In this document: positions 21,401-30,495 of the stretch, piece by piece
Position numbering within the stretch: the stretch's first letter is position 1
Layout: every line of letters starts with the position of its first letter
Assembly: GCA_965242585.1 (NCBI GenBank)
Contig: OZ251460.1
Coordinates: forward strand, 1,090,614 to 1,154,613
Direction: 5' to 3'
DNA length: 64,000 bases
Source: Limisphaerales bacterium
GTDB lineage: Bacteria; Verrucomicrobiota; Verrucomicrobiia; Limisphaerales; AAA164-E04
The notes under the pieces: model-generated
What the model saw: the letters and a program-made list of their open reading frames with translations, nothing else
What the model was told of the DNA's origin: nothing
Database searches by the model: none
Program-made: the position numbers and the translations under genes

Positions 21401-21671
21401 CGCTGCAAATTCCCACAACATCCTTCTCGTCAAAGAGTTTCCCGAAATGGGATACAGTAAGTCCGCTGGAGTCCAGAGAAAACGTGACCAAGCGTTGACC
21501 CCTCCAGTTGGTACGCTTTCCCAAAGCATCCTCGGCGTTTTGCAGAAGCTCATAAATGAAGTGAGCGCGGTCGCTGTATAATCTGGGCAGGAGCTCGCCA
21601 ATCAAGCGAATACCCTTTTTGCCCCAATCTTCCCGGTTATCTTCTCGGATTTTCTGATAATCTGCTGGCAT
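18483..21671 (-). CDS. Sacsin/NOV-like GHKL ATPase + C-terminal DUF3883 nuclease (Tiamat-like anti-phage protein)
   Basis: HFIYELLQNAEDA, IGQFGIGFKSVY, LLFLREIEEI and LFVFFPT; C-terminal EVEDAAI..NPGFDL..RWIEVKS..LSITQF..YWLYVVEN. Confidence 0.8.
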   Translation of the reverse strand: MPADYQKIREDNREDWGKKGIRLIGELLPRLYSDRAHFIYELLQNAEDALGKRTNWRGQRLVTFSLDSSGLTVSHFGKLFDEKDVVGICSAGESTKLEELTSIGQFGIGFKSVYNFTSRPEIHSGDEHFAIESLVFPHSANERALNTGETQIIIPFNKDLVEGETAKEVVFKWLQTMATRTLLFLREIEEIAWSVDGRPVKRHRSIPSKVSSHHALNVRQVRLVGPGDDLAGGEQWIVFSRPVEKDEKPAGFVEIAFLLEHSDAGSQNLSVCSVADSKLFVFFPTKLKTNLGFLMHGPYNTPPSRENINHPDSWNQYLAQETATLLVESLRELRGLGWLNASALQTLPLKMEPDFDEGGRFAQMFQAVKDALLDEKLLPAYGGGHIAGKNAKLAKTGDLQELIGPEQLAGLFPEDANPQWIGGGITSDQTPEIRNYLRKQLVITEVTPDWLVRRLTQEFLEAQPDEWIMRSYEFFNGQKSVLRRLPVTPPLVRLETGVHTVAFDGDAPQAYLPSKAPPTGFPTVKSSVCQSNEALEFLRSLKLREPDPVDYVIRNILPKYDKDLVLVSDKVCEVYRGDLAQALNAYESASREQRQLLAGEIGKVKFTIAVDAATNVRQFVLPGEAYWPTDSLKALFQGVSGVLLLDDNIVPGEAHNLLAAAGTPDRLARKRVERELTEKEKYSLRRNVSNGKRTRDHAVRDYTLMGLKDLLDKMDSMPFEQASERAKLLWKALCEFQSYRGDSAFKGRYSWHYYSENHATFPANFVKRLSGTKWVPDGNRQELQSPTNVAFADIGWEANPSLAEKIGFLSSDVDKVAENEGIDREALHYFIGFLKKNSNIPLTQIKAFLLKNSEATNDVSYTGQLAGEPGAGNPTGFSTGPRPATDELTGVRSRTDRIPNKSDGQISQPRPSISITLRTSSGGRNGDGYGDGDQHNREVEDAAIKFILNLKEERFLNRTKDGNPGFDLWEPGPNDQPKRWIEVKSSAGALSSVTLSITQFRFALKKQNAYWLYVVENATTKGVERVSKIQNPAQRILDTIARFNLSPAWIREHQSGDNPEEG

Positions 21672-21698
21672 AAGCAAGATCCTTTACAAAATTGGTTA

Positions 21699-21715
21699 AT
21701 GCAAACCGTTTGCAT
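21699..21715. promoter_or_regulatory. Perfect palindrome ATGCAAAC-C-GTTTGCAT (operator-like) next to a TGnTATGAT -10 box
   Basis: Seen directly; lies between the putative promoter and the start of the ATPase-DUF3883 gene. Confidence 0.5.
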
Positions 21716-21776
21716 CATAGCACAAAGTCATCCCTTGTCCACCCCGTCAAAAAAATCCCCGTCCAATGTCTCCCCA

Positions 21777-21896
21777 TTACCCGCCGGACAGCGATTTTGA
21801 GAGCAGCTCCAAGTCCCGCTCCTGCGCCGCTAAATCCTGAACGCCACCCGCCGACAATCCCGCCAGCAATGCCCACTGGAAAGATCTTTCTTTCAT
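21777..21896 (-). pseudogene. Truncated third copy of the tandem membrane-anchored protein
   Basis: MKERSFQWALLAGLSAGGVQDLAAQERDLELLSK is identical to copy 2, then diverges and stops after 39 aa. Confidence 0.8.
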
Positions 21897-24111
21897 AGAT
21901 CGATTTTTCGTTTCCAAAGAAATCCCCATACCAGCAGAGGCCCCGCTAGAAGGAGAAAACCTAATAAAATCCGTCGTAGTAGACTCTCGCGAGCCGAAGC
22001 CGCATGTTGCGCCACCGCGTCCGCGTAAAAATCCTGTTGCATCACTCGCTCCATCGTCGGAATCGAGCCGTTGGTAGAAACGTAAATCATGCTGGGAATC
22101 CAACCGCTTTTTCTTAGCGAAAATCGCCTGTCATGAACTGTAACAATCTCTGGAAAATTCAGCATCGCAAGCGGAAAAGTTTCTGAACGGATGACATTGG
22201 TGATAGTTAGCTCCACCTGCAACTCAGTCCGATTCGTGATCCCTAAATTTTTGACCTGATACGAGCTCAGGAAACTCGAATAAACCAATTGTCGTGGACA
22301 TATTCCTAAGTCCGACTCAAAACGACCAGAAGCCGAAAACAAATCGTTTGTCCAGCCCCTCCGAGTGTGCGTTGAGAATTGAGACAGACCATTGAACAAT
22401 GAATTTGTATTGATCTGATGATCATAATACAAAAACAACAATTTGCCTCGTGAAGATCGGACGTGGTCCAAAATCTTCGGCCCTTTTCTTTGTCGGTAAA
22501 ACGGCTCTAAAAGTGACCAATTAAAGCCCAAAATCATCGGTATGGCATGGCTGGTAAAGGCATCGGGAATCGGTGTTGGTACTGCCGTCGCTGAAGCTGT
22601 ATCCATAGTGGTTGCAGGCGTGGAATTGGTGATCCATTTCCATTTACCGTCAATTATCTTAGGAATGATGTAATCGTCCGGCCAGATAATGTTCGTATCG
22701 TACCTTCCAAAGGAAATTGAATGTTCTCCATCCGTTCGATATTCGTAATGAAGTATCCGGGGACGATCATTCCAAGGATTGCGCAGGATTTTGATGACTG
22801 CGGAAATTCTGCCTTCGTCGATAATTGCCGAAAAAATGCCTTCTTCGGTTTCCATCACATTGGGATTGTCGTCGTTGGGAGTCAACCGGTCCACCCGTCC
22901 TTGCACTTCAATCGGGTAAGGAGGCTTTGAGAGCAACTCCAAATCCCGCTCCTGCGCCGCTAAATCCTGAACGCCGCCCGCCGACAATCCCGCCAGCAAT
23001 GCCCACTGGAAAGATCTTTCTTTCATAGATCGATTTTTCGTTTCCAAAGAAATCCCCATACCAGCAGAGGCCCCGCCAGAAGGAGAAAACCTAATAAAAT
23101 CCGTCGTAGTAGACTCTCGCGAGCCGAAGCCGCATGTTGCGCCACCGCGTCCGCGTAAAAATCCTGTTGCATCACTCGCTCCATCGTCGGAATCGAGCCG
23201 TTGGTAGAAACGTAAATCATGCTGGGAATCCAACCGCTTTTTCTTAGCGAAAATCGCCTGTCATGAACTGTAACAATCTCTGGAAAATTCAGTATCGCAA
23301 GCGGAAAAGTTTCTGAACGGATGACATTGGTGATAGTTAGCTCCACCTGCAACTCAGTCCGATTCGTGATCCCTAAATTTTTGACCTGATACGAGCTCAT
23401 GAAACTTGAATAAACCAGTTTTTGCGGACATGTCCCTAAGTCCGACTCAAAACGACCAGAAGTCGAAAACAAATCGTTTGTCCAACCCCTCCTCCGAGTA
23501 CTCGTTGATAGATAAGATAACCCGTTGAACATAGAGTTTGTATCAATCCCGTAATTACTGGTTAATTTTAATAATTTACCTCGCATTTTTTGCCCGAAGT
23601 CCAGAATTTTTGGCCCTTTTCCGTTCTGGTAAAATGGCTCCAACAACGGCCAGTTCAAACCCAAAACCATCGGGATGGCTTGGCTGACGTTTGCATAGGG
23701 AATTGGAGTAGGACTGAGTCTTGCCGAACCGGAAGAGGATGGTTTCCAAGGCGTGGAATTGGTGATTTGTTTCCATTCACCGTCAATCTTTTTGGGAATA
23801 ATGTAATCATCCGGCCAAACAATGTTTGTATCATATTTTCCGAAGGAAATCGAGTGGTTTCCGTCCGTTCGATATTCGTAATGAAGTATCCGAATGTCTG
23901 TGTTCCAGGGATTGCGCAGGATTTTGATGACTGCGGACATTCTGCCTTCGTCGATAATTGCCGAAAAAATGCCTTCTTCGGTTTCCATCACGTTGGGATT
24001 GTCGTCGTTGGGAGTCAGCCGGTCCACCCGTCCTTGCACTTCAATCGGGTAAGGCGGCTTTGAGAGCAGCTCCAAATCCCGCTCCTGCGCCGCTAAATCC
24101 TGAACGCCGCC
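21796..24111. repeat. Tandem duplication with a period of 1130-1133 bp
   Basis: tttgagagca.ctccaa.tcccgctcctgcgccgctaaatcctgaacgcc occurs at 21796, 22926 and 24059. Confidence 0.9.
21893..23026 (-). CDS. Secreted hypothetical protein with C-terminal TM anchor (copy 2)
   Basis: True start MKERSF overlaps the upstream stop (ATGA at 23023-23026); C-terminus RRILLGFLLLAGPLLVWGFLWKRK. Confidence 0.75.
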   Translation of the reverse strand: MKERSFQWALLAGLSAGGVQDLAAQERDLELLSKPPYPIEVQGRVDRLTPNDDNPNVMETEEGIFSAIIDEGRISAVIKILRNPWNDRPRILHYEYRTDGEHSISFGRYDTNIIWPDDYIIPKIIDGKWKWITNSTPATTMDTASATAVPTPIPDAFTSHAIPMILGFNWSLLEPFYRQRKGPKILDHVRSSRGKLLFLYYDHQINTNSLFNGLSQFSTHTRRGWTNDLFSASGRFESDLGICPRQLVYSSFLSSYQVKNLGITNRTELQVELTITNVIRSETFPLAMLNFPEIVTVHDRRFSLRKSGWIPSMIYVSTNGSIPTMERVMQQDFYADAVAQHAASARESLLRRILLGFLLLAGPLLVWGFLWKRKIDL

Positions 24112-24657
24112 TGTTAACGGCAGGTAAAGCCAAAGAAAAGCAGTCGGGCGGCGCAGTTTGCCTCCCGGTGATTCCCGAGATGAGGATAACTTCACCGTTT
24201 GTTTCAACACTAGAAAAACAATCAACAGAGAGCCGACGATGAAAATATGCACCGAAGTTCTAGCGATGAAAGAGGCCAAGCCGGGGCTCAGCCCCAAAAT
24301 TTCGGGGAGTGTGCCGAAGCAAGGGCAGTAGCCGTCGTCACCTTCCGGGAACCAAGGGCGGTAGAGGGATAGAATTGTGGCAAACCATAACAGAGAAACG
24401 GCCCGGGCCAGGTCGTTTCGCAGGAAGAATAACGAGATGATAACAGCCAATTCCAGCAGAACGCCGGCTAATCCGACGTGGTTGACCATTATCGGGGCGA
24501 CGACGGGGTCTTCAACCGAGGCCTTTTCCCAGTCTAGAATCAACCAGTGCGATTTGAAGACGGCGGCGATGAGAAGGATCGCTCCGGCAAAGACTCAAAA
24601 GGCTTTCCATTTGGAGTGAAACAAGCCTCTAATTCGACGATAAACTCGTGTTTTCAT
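23023..24657 (-). CDS. MauE/DoxX-like membrane domain fused to copy 1 of the tandem protein; in-frame TGA at codon 21
   Basis: ATG at 24657 gives MKTRVYRR..KAF*VFAGAILLIAAVFK (TGA at 24595-24597); MauE-like CPCFG motif; TM helices. Confidence 0.7.
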
Positions 24658-24826
24658 AGGCAAAAAAGAAGGCTATCGTTGCAAAGGGAACAAGTCAAGG
24701 GATTGAATTGGCATTTTTTTGAAATAAATATGTTATATTTTTCGCTTTGTCTTCTTTTATTTTCAGTGGAGAAATATTCGTTTATTTGAGGCGTAACGCT
24801 CTCTGCTCGACGACATTCCAAGCGGG

Positions 24827-25624
24827 TTAGGGAGGGGTTGGAAGCATTTGAATTTGGTCTTTTTTCAACCAGCCGGTTTGGTTTTGTGGGTCGCGGATTT
24901 GTCGCCAATCGTCTTTGGAGTCGAGAATGCGAACTTCAACGCCGTCACTCAGATTGTGGCTACTTTGGGATTCTTCAAAAGGGCCGAATCGAACGACGGC
25001 TTCTTTGCTAATTACTATGGCGAATGGTTTTCCGAAGCGCTCGTTGGCGGCGCTCAAAAGAAGAAGTCCGGCGATAAGAAACACAGCGATTGAAATCCGG
25101 GAACAGGCGCTCCATCGATTGCCTTTTTTGGAGGAGAGGAAGGAGAGAATTCCACAGGCAACCCCAATCCAAAATGGAATTACTGTCAGGATTGTCCATT
25201 CGTTGAGCGTTAGTTGAAGGAGGAACTGGCGCCAAAAGTGCGGCGAGATGCTGGTGTCGCTCCCCAGTTTCTCCTCCCGGACAAAGCGCAAATTGGTAAG
25301 AATATCGGGATCGCGAGGGGCAAGGGCAAGGGCTTTGCGGTATTGGACGATGGCCTCTCCAAATTGCGAGCTTTGGTAAAGGGCGTTGCCAAGGTTGAAT
25401 CGAATGGCAACGGCATCGAAGCCGTCGTCAAGCAGTTGGCGGTAGGCGGCGGCGGCGGCTTTGTATTCGCCTTTCTCGTAAAGGACGTTAGCTTCGTTGA
25501 ACTGTGTTTTCGGCGTGTCTGCTGCTGCAAGAATAGCTGGAAAAATGAGAGTCAAAGAAAGAGCAAGTCCTCGGCAGATTAGCGAGAGCGGATCCAGAGT
25601 TTTCGCTGCGCGGCGTTGTTTCAT
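24827..25624 (-). CDS. batE: BatE-like TPR + SH3 protein
   Basis: TPR motif FNLGNALYQ..GEAIVQYRKAL, TM helices, C-terminal SH3b (GVEVRILD...W....GWL). Confidence 0.8.
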   Translation of the reverse strand: MKQRRAAKTLDPLSLICRGLALSLTLIFPAILAAADTPKTQFNEANVLYEKGEYKAAAAAYRQLLDDGFDAVAIRFNLGNALYQSSQFGEAIVQYRKALALAPRDPDILTNLRFVREEKLGSDTSISPHFWRQFLLQLTLNEWTILTVIPFWIGVACGILSFLSSKKGNRWSACSRISIAVFLIAGLLLLSAANERFGKPFAIVISKEAVVRFGPFEESQSSHNLSDGVEVRILDSKDDWRQIRDPQNQTGWLKKDQIQMLPTPP

Positions 25625-27459
25625 CGATCGTGCGACAGTGGGAAGTTTTGCAACTCGCGAAGAGCGGATTCTGCGGTAGCGGCAATCTGTGCTAATTCTT
25701 TGCTGGAGTCAATGGGAGCGTAACGAGCTTGGTTGCACGCTTGAAAGAGCTGATCTAGCGATTGACTAATTTCCGGCTCTAGTCCGCAATTGCGAAGTTT
25801 TGTTTCAATTACCGCTTCGGTGATTGCGTTTGCGGGAAGGTCTAGGCGTTCGCCGATCTGCTCTTGCAAAAGGCGAAAGAGAACGGCGAAGAATTCGTCG
25901 GAACGATTTTCGGCGGCCATGTTTTCGAGGGTCTCAATCCCTTCGTCCACGATTGTTTTGACTCGTTTGCGTCGCCGGGCTTGGGGGTTTTTGTGGAGAG
26001 CATTCCGTCGTGAACGGTAGAAGTAGCAGGCAATCCAAGCGATGACGAGGAGGGCTTGCAATCCTAAGAACCACGGATTCCACAACCACGGCCGGCTTGA
26101 AGCGGCAATGTCGCCCAAGTGTGGTTTGATATGAACGATATTATCAGTAATCTTTGGGATTTCGCCGCCCTTTTCGGCCTCCGTTGCGACAACAAGTTGA
26201 GATGTCTCCGTGAGGTTGGGTTTCACCGTCAGCGGAATCGGATCTTGTCTCAGAATTTTATATTGCTCTTCTTGTGGATCGAAGAAGCTAAACTCAATTT
26301 CAGGAAGGCTTTGAATTTCGGTGTTATTGGGAATCACAATTTTTTCAAAGGTCTTGACGCCGCTCAGTCCAATTCCGTCGGAATAGTTAATTGTAGCAGT
26401 TTCCGGATACTGTTGAAACTCCCGCCAGGAATCAAACGACGGCATCGACAATGTCTCTAAGGCTCCTTCACCTTGAACGATCATTGTGATCGTAACAGGG
26501 TCACCGGCAGCGACGGTAGTAGGAGAAGCGTCCACCTTCATATGAGAGTAGTTACCAATGGCTCCATTGAAGCTGTCGGGTTGTTCCTCGACGGGAAGAG
26601 GGATAGCGTTTATTGAAACCGGTTCGGAGCGAAGCGTCACATCTCGGCGAATAGTGTTATTGTTGAAGAAGGGATCGGAAAAAAAGGGGGAGTCGAATAA
26701 ACTACGCCGGCGGTTGCGAGAGTTATCTTGGAAAAACAAAGGGACCCTCCAGACAACGGGACCGAGAGTGATCTTGCCAATTTTAACGGCTCTTGCAAGA
26801 TAGGTAAAGGTAACGCGATTGTAAATACTATTGTTATATGAAACTCGCCTTTGGCTTGGCTGGCCGGTTTCGCTAATGACGAATCCGTCGGAAGAAATAG
26901 TGGGCTTTTCCTCTAAATATTTCGAGCTCAATGCATAGTAGAGGTGGATGTTAATTGGAAACACTTCGCCTAGGTAGGTTTTCTGTTTGGTTTCTTGCTT
27001 GGGAATGTGAACTTGGAGGAAGGCGTATTGGCTGTAGTCCACTCCTTTGGAAACAGTCAGTTGAAGCGCTTTGCTGTGATAAGTCTTGCCGCTAATTCGA
27101 GATTCAATAGGAGGAATTTTATACGTTCCTACTTTTTCAGGGACAATGTTGTATTGATAAGTTGTCCGGTTAGACTCGGCGCTGCGTCCGTTGATGATTT
27201 GGATGCTTCTGCTGTGGGAAGGCCCGGCATAGTCAATTGTCAGCCCGTCGATTTTGGGGATTTCAGGGATCTGCTCCGGCTCGCAGTTGTTGTAGCGCAA
27301 TTGTAATGTAGTAGATTCTCCTAGAGGCACTGGATTTCGGGTTAACACGGCATCGTAATCGAATCCTTCTCCATAGAGAATCTGGAGCAAGAAGATTCCA
27401 AGCAACAACCCGCCGAGTCTCTGCGGGAGGCCGAGGAAAGGGTGTCTTTTAGGTCTCAT
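25621..27459 (-). CDS. batD: BatD family protein
   Basis: YNIVPEKVGTYKIP, FNGAIG and EFSFFDP motifs; operon context. Confidence 0.85.
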   Translation of the reverse strand: MRPKRHPFLGLPQRLGGLLLGIFLLQILYGEGFDYDAVLTRNPVPLGESTTLQLRYNNCEPEQIPEIPKIDGLTIDYAGPSHSRSIQIINGRSAESNRTTYQYNIVPEKVGTYKIPPIESRISGKTYHSKALQLTVSKGVDYSQYAFLQVHIPKQETKQKTYLGEVFPINIHLYYALSSKYLEEKPTISSDGFVISETGQPSQRRVSYNNSIYNRVTFTYLARAVKIGKITLGPVVWRVPLFFQDNSRNRRRSLFDSPFFSDPFFNNNTIRRDVTLRSEPVSINAIPLPVEEQPDSFNGAIGNYSHMKVDASPTTVAAGDPVTITMIVQGEGALETLSMPSFDSWREFQQYPETATINYSDGIGLSGVKTFEKIVIPNNTEIQSLPEIEFSFFDPQEEQYKILRQDPIPLTVKPNLTETSQLVVATEAEKGGEIPKITDNIVHIKPHLGDIAASSRPWLWNPWFLGLQALLVIAWIACYFYRSRRNALHKNPQARRRKRVKTIVDEGIETLENMAAENRSDEFFAVLFRLLQEQIGERLDLPANAITEAVIETKLRNCGLEPEISQSLDQLFQACNQARYAPIDSSKELAQIAATAESALRELQNFPLSHDR

Positions 27460-27481
27460 AGCGTGAAGTGTGGGATGTCGT

Positions 27482-28378
27482 TCACCAATCTTTGAAGGAT
27501 GAATTCCTTGATTGGCGTGTTTGCGGCGGCCGAAATATTACTGCTTTGGCTTGGTTTCGCTCAGCGTCGAGCAATTGTTCGGCTTGTTCGGGGGTCATCT
27601 TTCCGGGCGATGGCGCGGCAGCGCCGGAGGGAGATTTTTCTTCTTTGTCGTCTGGTTGCGGTTCGGAAGTTTGCGGTGTTTTTGGGGTGGGGTTTTCTGT
27701 ATCGGGTTGGTTTTGCTGCGTTTGGTTTTCTTTGTTTTGTTCTTGGTTGGCGCCGGGTTCTGAGGAATGTTGTGATTCGTCGTTTTGCGGTGACGAATTT
27801 TCCGGATTGGTCTCGGCGTTTGAAGTGTTTGGTTGTTGTTGCTCTTGGCTTTGTTGCTGTTGTTGGAGTTCTTCCAAGCGGTGTTTGACAAAGTCAAGGT
27901 TTTCTTGGGCGTTTTGGTCGGTTTCGTCGAGTGAGATAGCGTGTTGGTAGCTTTGAATAGATTGTTTCCAGTGGGCGATTTTTTGTTCGGGCTTGACGGC
28001 TTCTTCCCCTATTCGAAAAAGAGTGTTGCCCAGGTTATAGTGCGCTTTCTGCTGGAGTTCAAGATTTTCAGGCGAGAGGGAGGCGTTGACGAATTGCTTT
28101 TTGGCTTCTTCCATATCCTTTGCTCTATAGGCGGCGGCGCCTGCGTTGTAAGCTAAGCGCGGTATGTCCAGGTCTTCACGGGCTAGGCGGCGGTAGATTT
28201 TCAGGGCGCTTTCATAGCGTTTTTCTTGAAAATGAAGTTGTGCGTCCCTTTCGGTGGCGGCTTGCGATCCGGGGATGAATTCGGCGAGGAGCGCTAAGCA
28301 GAGGAGGGATGGCGCGAGGCGCAAAATTCGTTGGAATACGGCAAGCGGTTTAGGCAGGGTATGGTATGAGATTTTCAT
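27482..28378 (-). CDS. batC: BatC-like TPR protein
   Basis: HYNLGNTLF, Q-rich linker, MTPEQAEQLLDA and terminal KDW. Confidence 0.85.
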   Translation of the reverse strand: MKISYHTLPKPLAVFQRILRLAPSLLCLALLAEFIPGSQAATERDAQLHFQEKRYESALKIYRRLAREDLDIPRLAYNAGAAAYRAKDMEEAKKQFVNASLSPENLELQQKAHYNLGNTLFRIGEEAVKPEQKIAHWKQSIQSYQHAISLDETDQNAQENLDFVKHRLEELQQQQQSQEQQQPNTSNAETNPENSSPQNDESQHSSEPGANQEQNKENQTQQNQPDTENPTPKTPQTSEPQPDDKEEKSPSGAAAPSPGKMTPEQAEQLLDAERNQAKAVIFRPPQTRQSRNSSFKDW

Positions 28379-28396
28379 AGTTATTCGAATATTATA

Positions 28397-29461
28397 TCAA
28401 TGTTCGCTTTCTTGTAAGACGGTTCCCGATTTAATGGGACCGTCGGGGCGAGCGACCTTTTTCTGGTCTGAGATAAATAATTCTATCAGCAGACATAGGA
28501 TGGCTAGTGCGAGGGGCCATTGGAATTGTTCGCGGTATTGTTTGGATTGGCGCGAGGAGAGTTCGCTTTTGGGCAATGGCGCTAATCCTTTTTGATAGAG
28601 CGTTTTCATCGATTTTGTATCTCGCAGGTGAATGTAAAAGCCTTGACCGGCGGCGGCCACTTGTTGGAGGAGGTTTTCGTTAAGTCTGGATTTGACGGCG
28701 TTGCCTTGTGGATCTTTGAGGTAGGCAAAGCGGCCTTCTTTGTCGGGAACTTTTAAGAGTTCTCCAGAGGCGGTGCCTACGCCTACGGTGAAAATTCGAC
28801 AGTCTTGCGCGGCGGCGGCTTTGGCGGTTTCGATTGCTCCTTCTTCGTGGTCTTCGCCATCTGAGAGAAGAATGATGGCTCGGTAGGTATCGGTGGTTGT
28901 GTCGAAGGCTTTCATAGCGGTTTCCAGCGCTTCTTTGAGAGCGGTGCCTCCTTGGGGAATAATTTCGGGGCTCAGCGCGTTCAGGTTTTGTCGGAAGGCT
29001 TCGTCATCCAGAGTCAGCGGGCATTGCAGGAAGGCGCCTCCGGCGAAGGAAACTAGGCCGAGTCGGTCTTGTTGGGATTCTTTTATTAAGTCTTGAGCGG
29101 CCAGTCGGGCTCGTTGTAGTCGGTTAGGGGGGATGTCATTCGCCAGCATGCTTTTTGAAACGTCAATGGCTACAATAATGTCGAGTCCCTTCTGTCGGGC
29201 TTCTTGCCAGTCGAAACCGTATTGCGGTCTGGCGAGTGCTACAATAAGGAGGGAGACGGCTAGCACAAGCAGGCCCATTTTCACAAGTTGTCTTTGGTGC
29301 GAGACTCCGACGGTCAAAGCGGCTAGCAGTCTGGATTTGACAAATACGTGGATCAGCGCCCGGCGTTTGCGCCAAGACCATCGAAGAAACCAGGCGAGCA
29401 GTATAACGATGGCTAAGAGCCAGAGGAGTTTTGGGTGTTCGAATTTTAGAAAGGTGTCCAT
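28397..29461 (-). CDS. batB: BatB VWA protein
   Basis: ALARPQ, DVSKSM and LLSDGEDHE motifs. Confidence 0.9.
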   Translation of the reverse strand: MDTFLKFEHPKLLWLLAIVILLAWFLRWSWRKRRALIHVFVKSRLLAALTVGVSHQRQLVKMGLLVLAVSLLIVALARPQYGFDWQEARQKGLDIIVAIDVSKSMLANDIPPNRLQRARLAAQDLIKESQQDRLGLVSFAGGAFLQCPLTLDDEAFRQNLNALSPEIIPQGGTALKEALETAMKAFDTTTDTYRAIILLSDGEDHEEGAIETAKAAAAQDCRIFTVGVGTASGELLKVPDKEGRFAYLKDPQGNAVKSRLNENLLQQVAAAGQGFYIHLRDTKSMKTLYQKGLAPLPKSELSSRQSKQYREQFQWPLALAILCLLIELFISDQKKVARPDGPIKSGTVLQESEH

Positions 29462-29462
29462 A

Positions 29463-30476
29463 TTAGGGGAGGCGGCGCCATAAGGTATGGTTTAGAATGG
29501 TTTCCAAGAGGATAATTCCCAGTGCCGGAAAAAGGAACCAGTGGTAAATTTCTTCATAATACAGATATTGTTTGGTTTCGATCTCGGATTTTTCGAGCTG
29601 GTCAATTTCTTGGTAGATTTTTTGTAAAGTGTCGGTGCTGTCTGCGCGATAGTATTTGCCTTGGGTAAGGTTGGCGATTTTTGTGAGAGCGTCTTCGTCG
29701 ATGTTGACTTCCATTTGGTGGTAAACCGTTTGGCCAAAGAAGTCTTTTCCGGCGGGGAAGGGGGCGATGCCGCGGGTGCCGACTCCGATAGTGTAGATTT
29801 TGACGCCCAGGCTTGCGGCGGCTTCGGCGGCGGTTAGGGGAGGCATTTTGCCGGCGTTGTTTTCTCCGTCGGTCATTAAGATCATGCTTCGGCTTTTGGA
29901 GTCTAGGTCTCGGAGCCGGTTCAAGCCGGCGGCTATGGCGGAACCAATGGCGGTGCCTTCGTCTTCAATGGTTTCCAGATTGAGTCGATCAAGGTTCTGC
30001 AGGAGGAAGCCGTGGTCTAAGGTGAGGGGGGAGGCAATGTAGGCTTGGCCGGCAAAGGCGACGAGGCCGATGCGGTCGTTGCGACGTTTGTCGATGAATG
30101 CTCTCAGGACGTTTTTGGCGGCTTCCAGGCGGTTGATGCGTTTTTTTTGGGAGAAGAAGTCTTCGGCCGCCATGCTGCCGGACAAGTCTAGCGCCACGAC
30201 GATGTCTGTGCCGCTGGCGGTGACGGCGGTTTCGCCTTCTCCCAAGCGGGGGCGGGCGAGGGCGATGATGCAGAGGGCGAGCGCCAGCCAGCGGAGTTTT
30301 GCGCCGGCACCTTTGGTGGGGGAGCGTCTCAGGTCGGTAATGCCTCTCACGAGCTCTGTGGAAGAGTAGAGGAATGCGGCGCTGCGCCCGTGTTTTCCTC
30401 GAAGCCACGCCAGAATCGGCAGGAGAAGCAGGAGAAGCAGAAAATATGGATGAGCAAAGCCGGGCATGAGGGTCAA
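29463..30476 (-). CDS. batA: BatA VWA protein
   Basis: ALARPR, DLSGSM, GTAIG, MTDGENNAG and IDQLEK motifs. Confidence 0.9.
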   Translation of the reverse strand: MTLMPGFAHPYFLLLLLLLPILAWLRGKHGRSAAFLYSSTELVRGITDLRRSPTKGAGAKLRWLALALCIIALARPRLGEGETAVTASGTDIVVALDLSGSMAAEDFFSQKKRINRLEAAKNVLRAFIDKRRNDRIGLVAFAGQAYIASPLTLDHGFLLQNLDRLNLETIEDEGTAIGSAIAAGLNRLRDLDSKSRSMILMTDGENNAGKMPPLTAAEAAASLGVKIYTIGVGTRGIAPFPAGKDFFGQTVYHQMEVNIDEDALTKIANLTQGKYYRADSTDTLQKIYQEIDQLEKSEIETKQYLYYEEIYHWFLFPALGIILLETILNHTLWRRLP

Positions 30477-30495
30477 TTGTCGGCGAAAAGCAGGA

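Noticed and set aside
23027-23233. N-terminal extension of ORF 21893..23233, and likewise of 56902, 58977, 53200 and 31110..32354
   Set aside because: They overlap upstream genes in another frame; downstream ATGs give proper signal peptides or family N-termini.
21796-24111. Diversity-generating retroelement TR/VR pair
   Set aside because: No reverse transcriptase in the window, and differences between copies are not adenine-specific and include an indel.
6144-24597. Alternative genetic code or stop-codon readthrough
   Set aside because: TAG and TGA both terminate intact conserved genes in this window.
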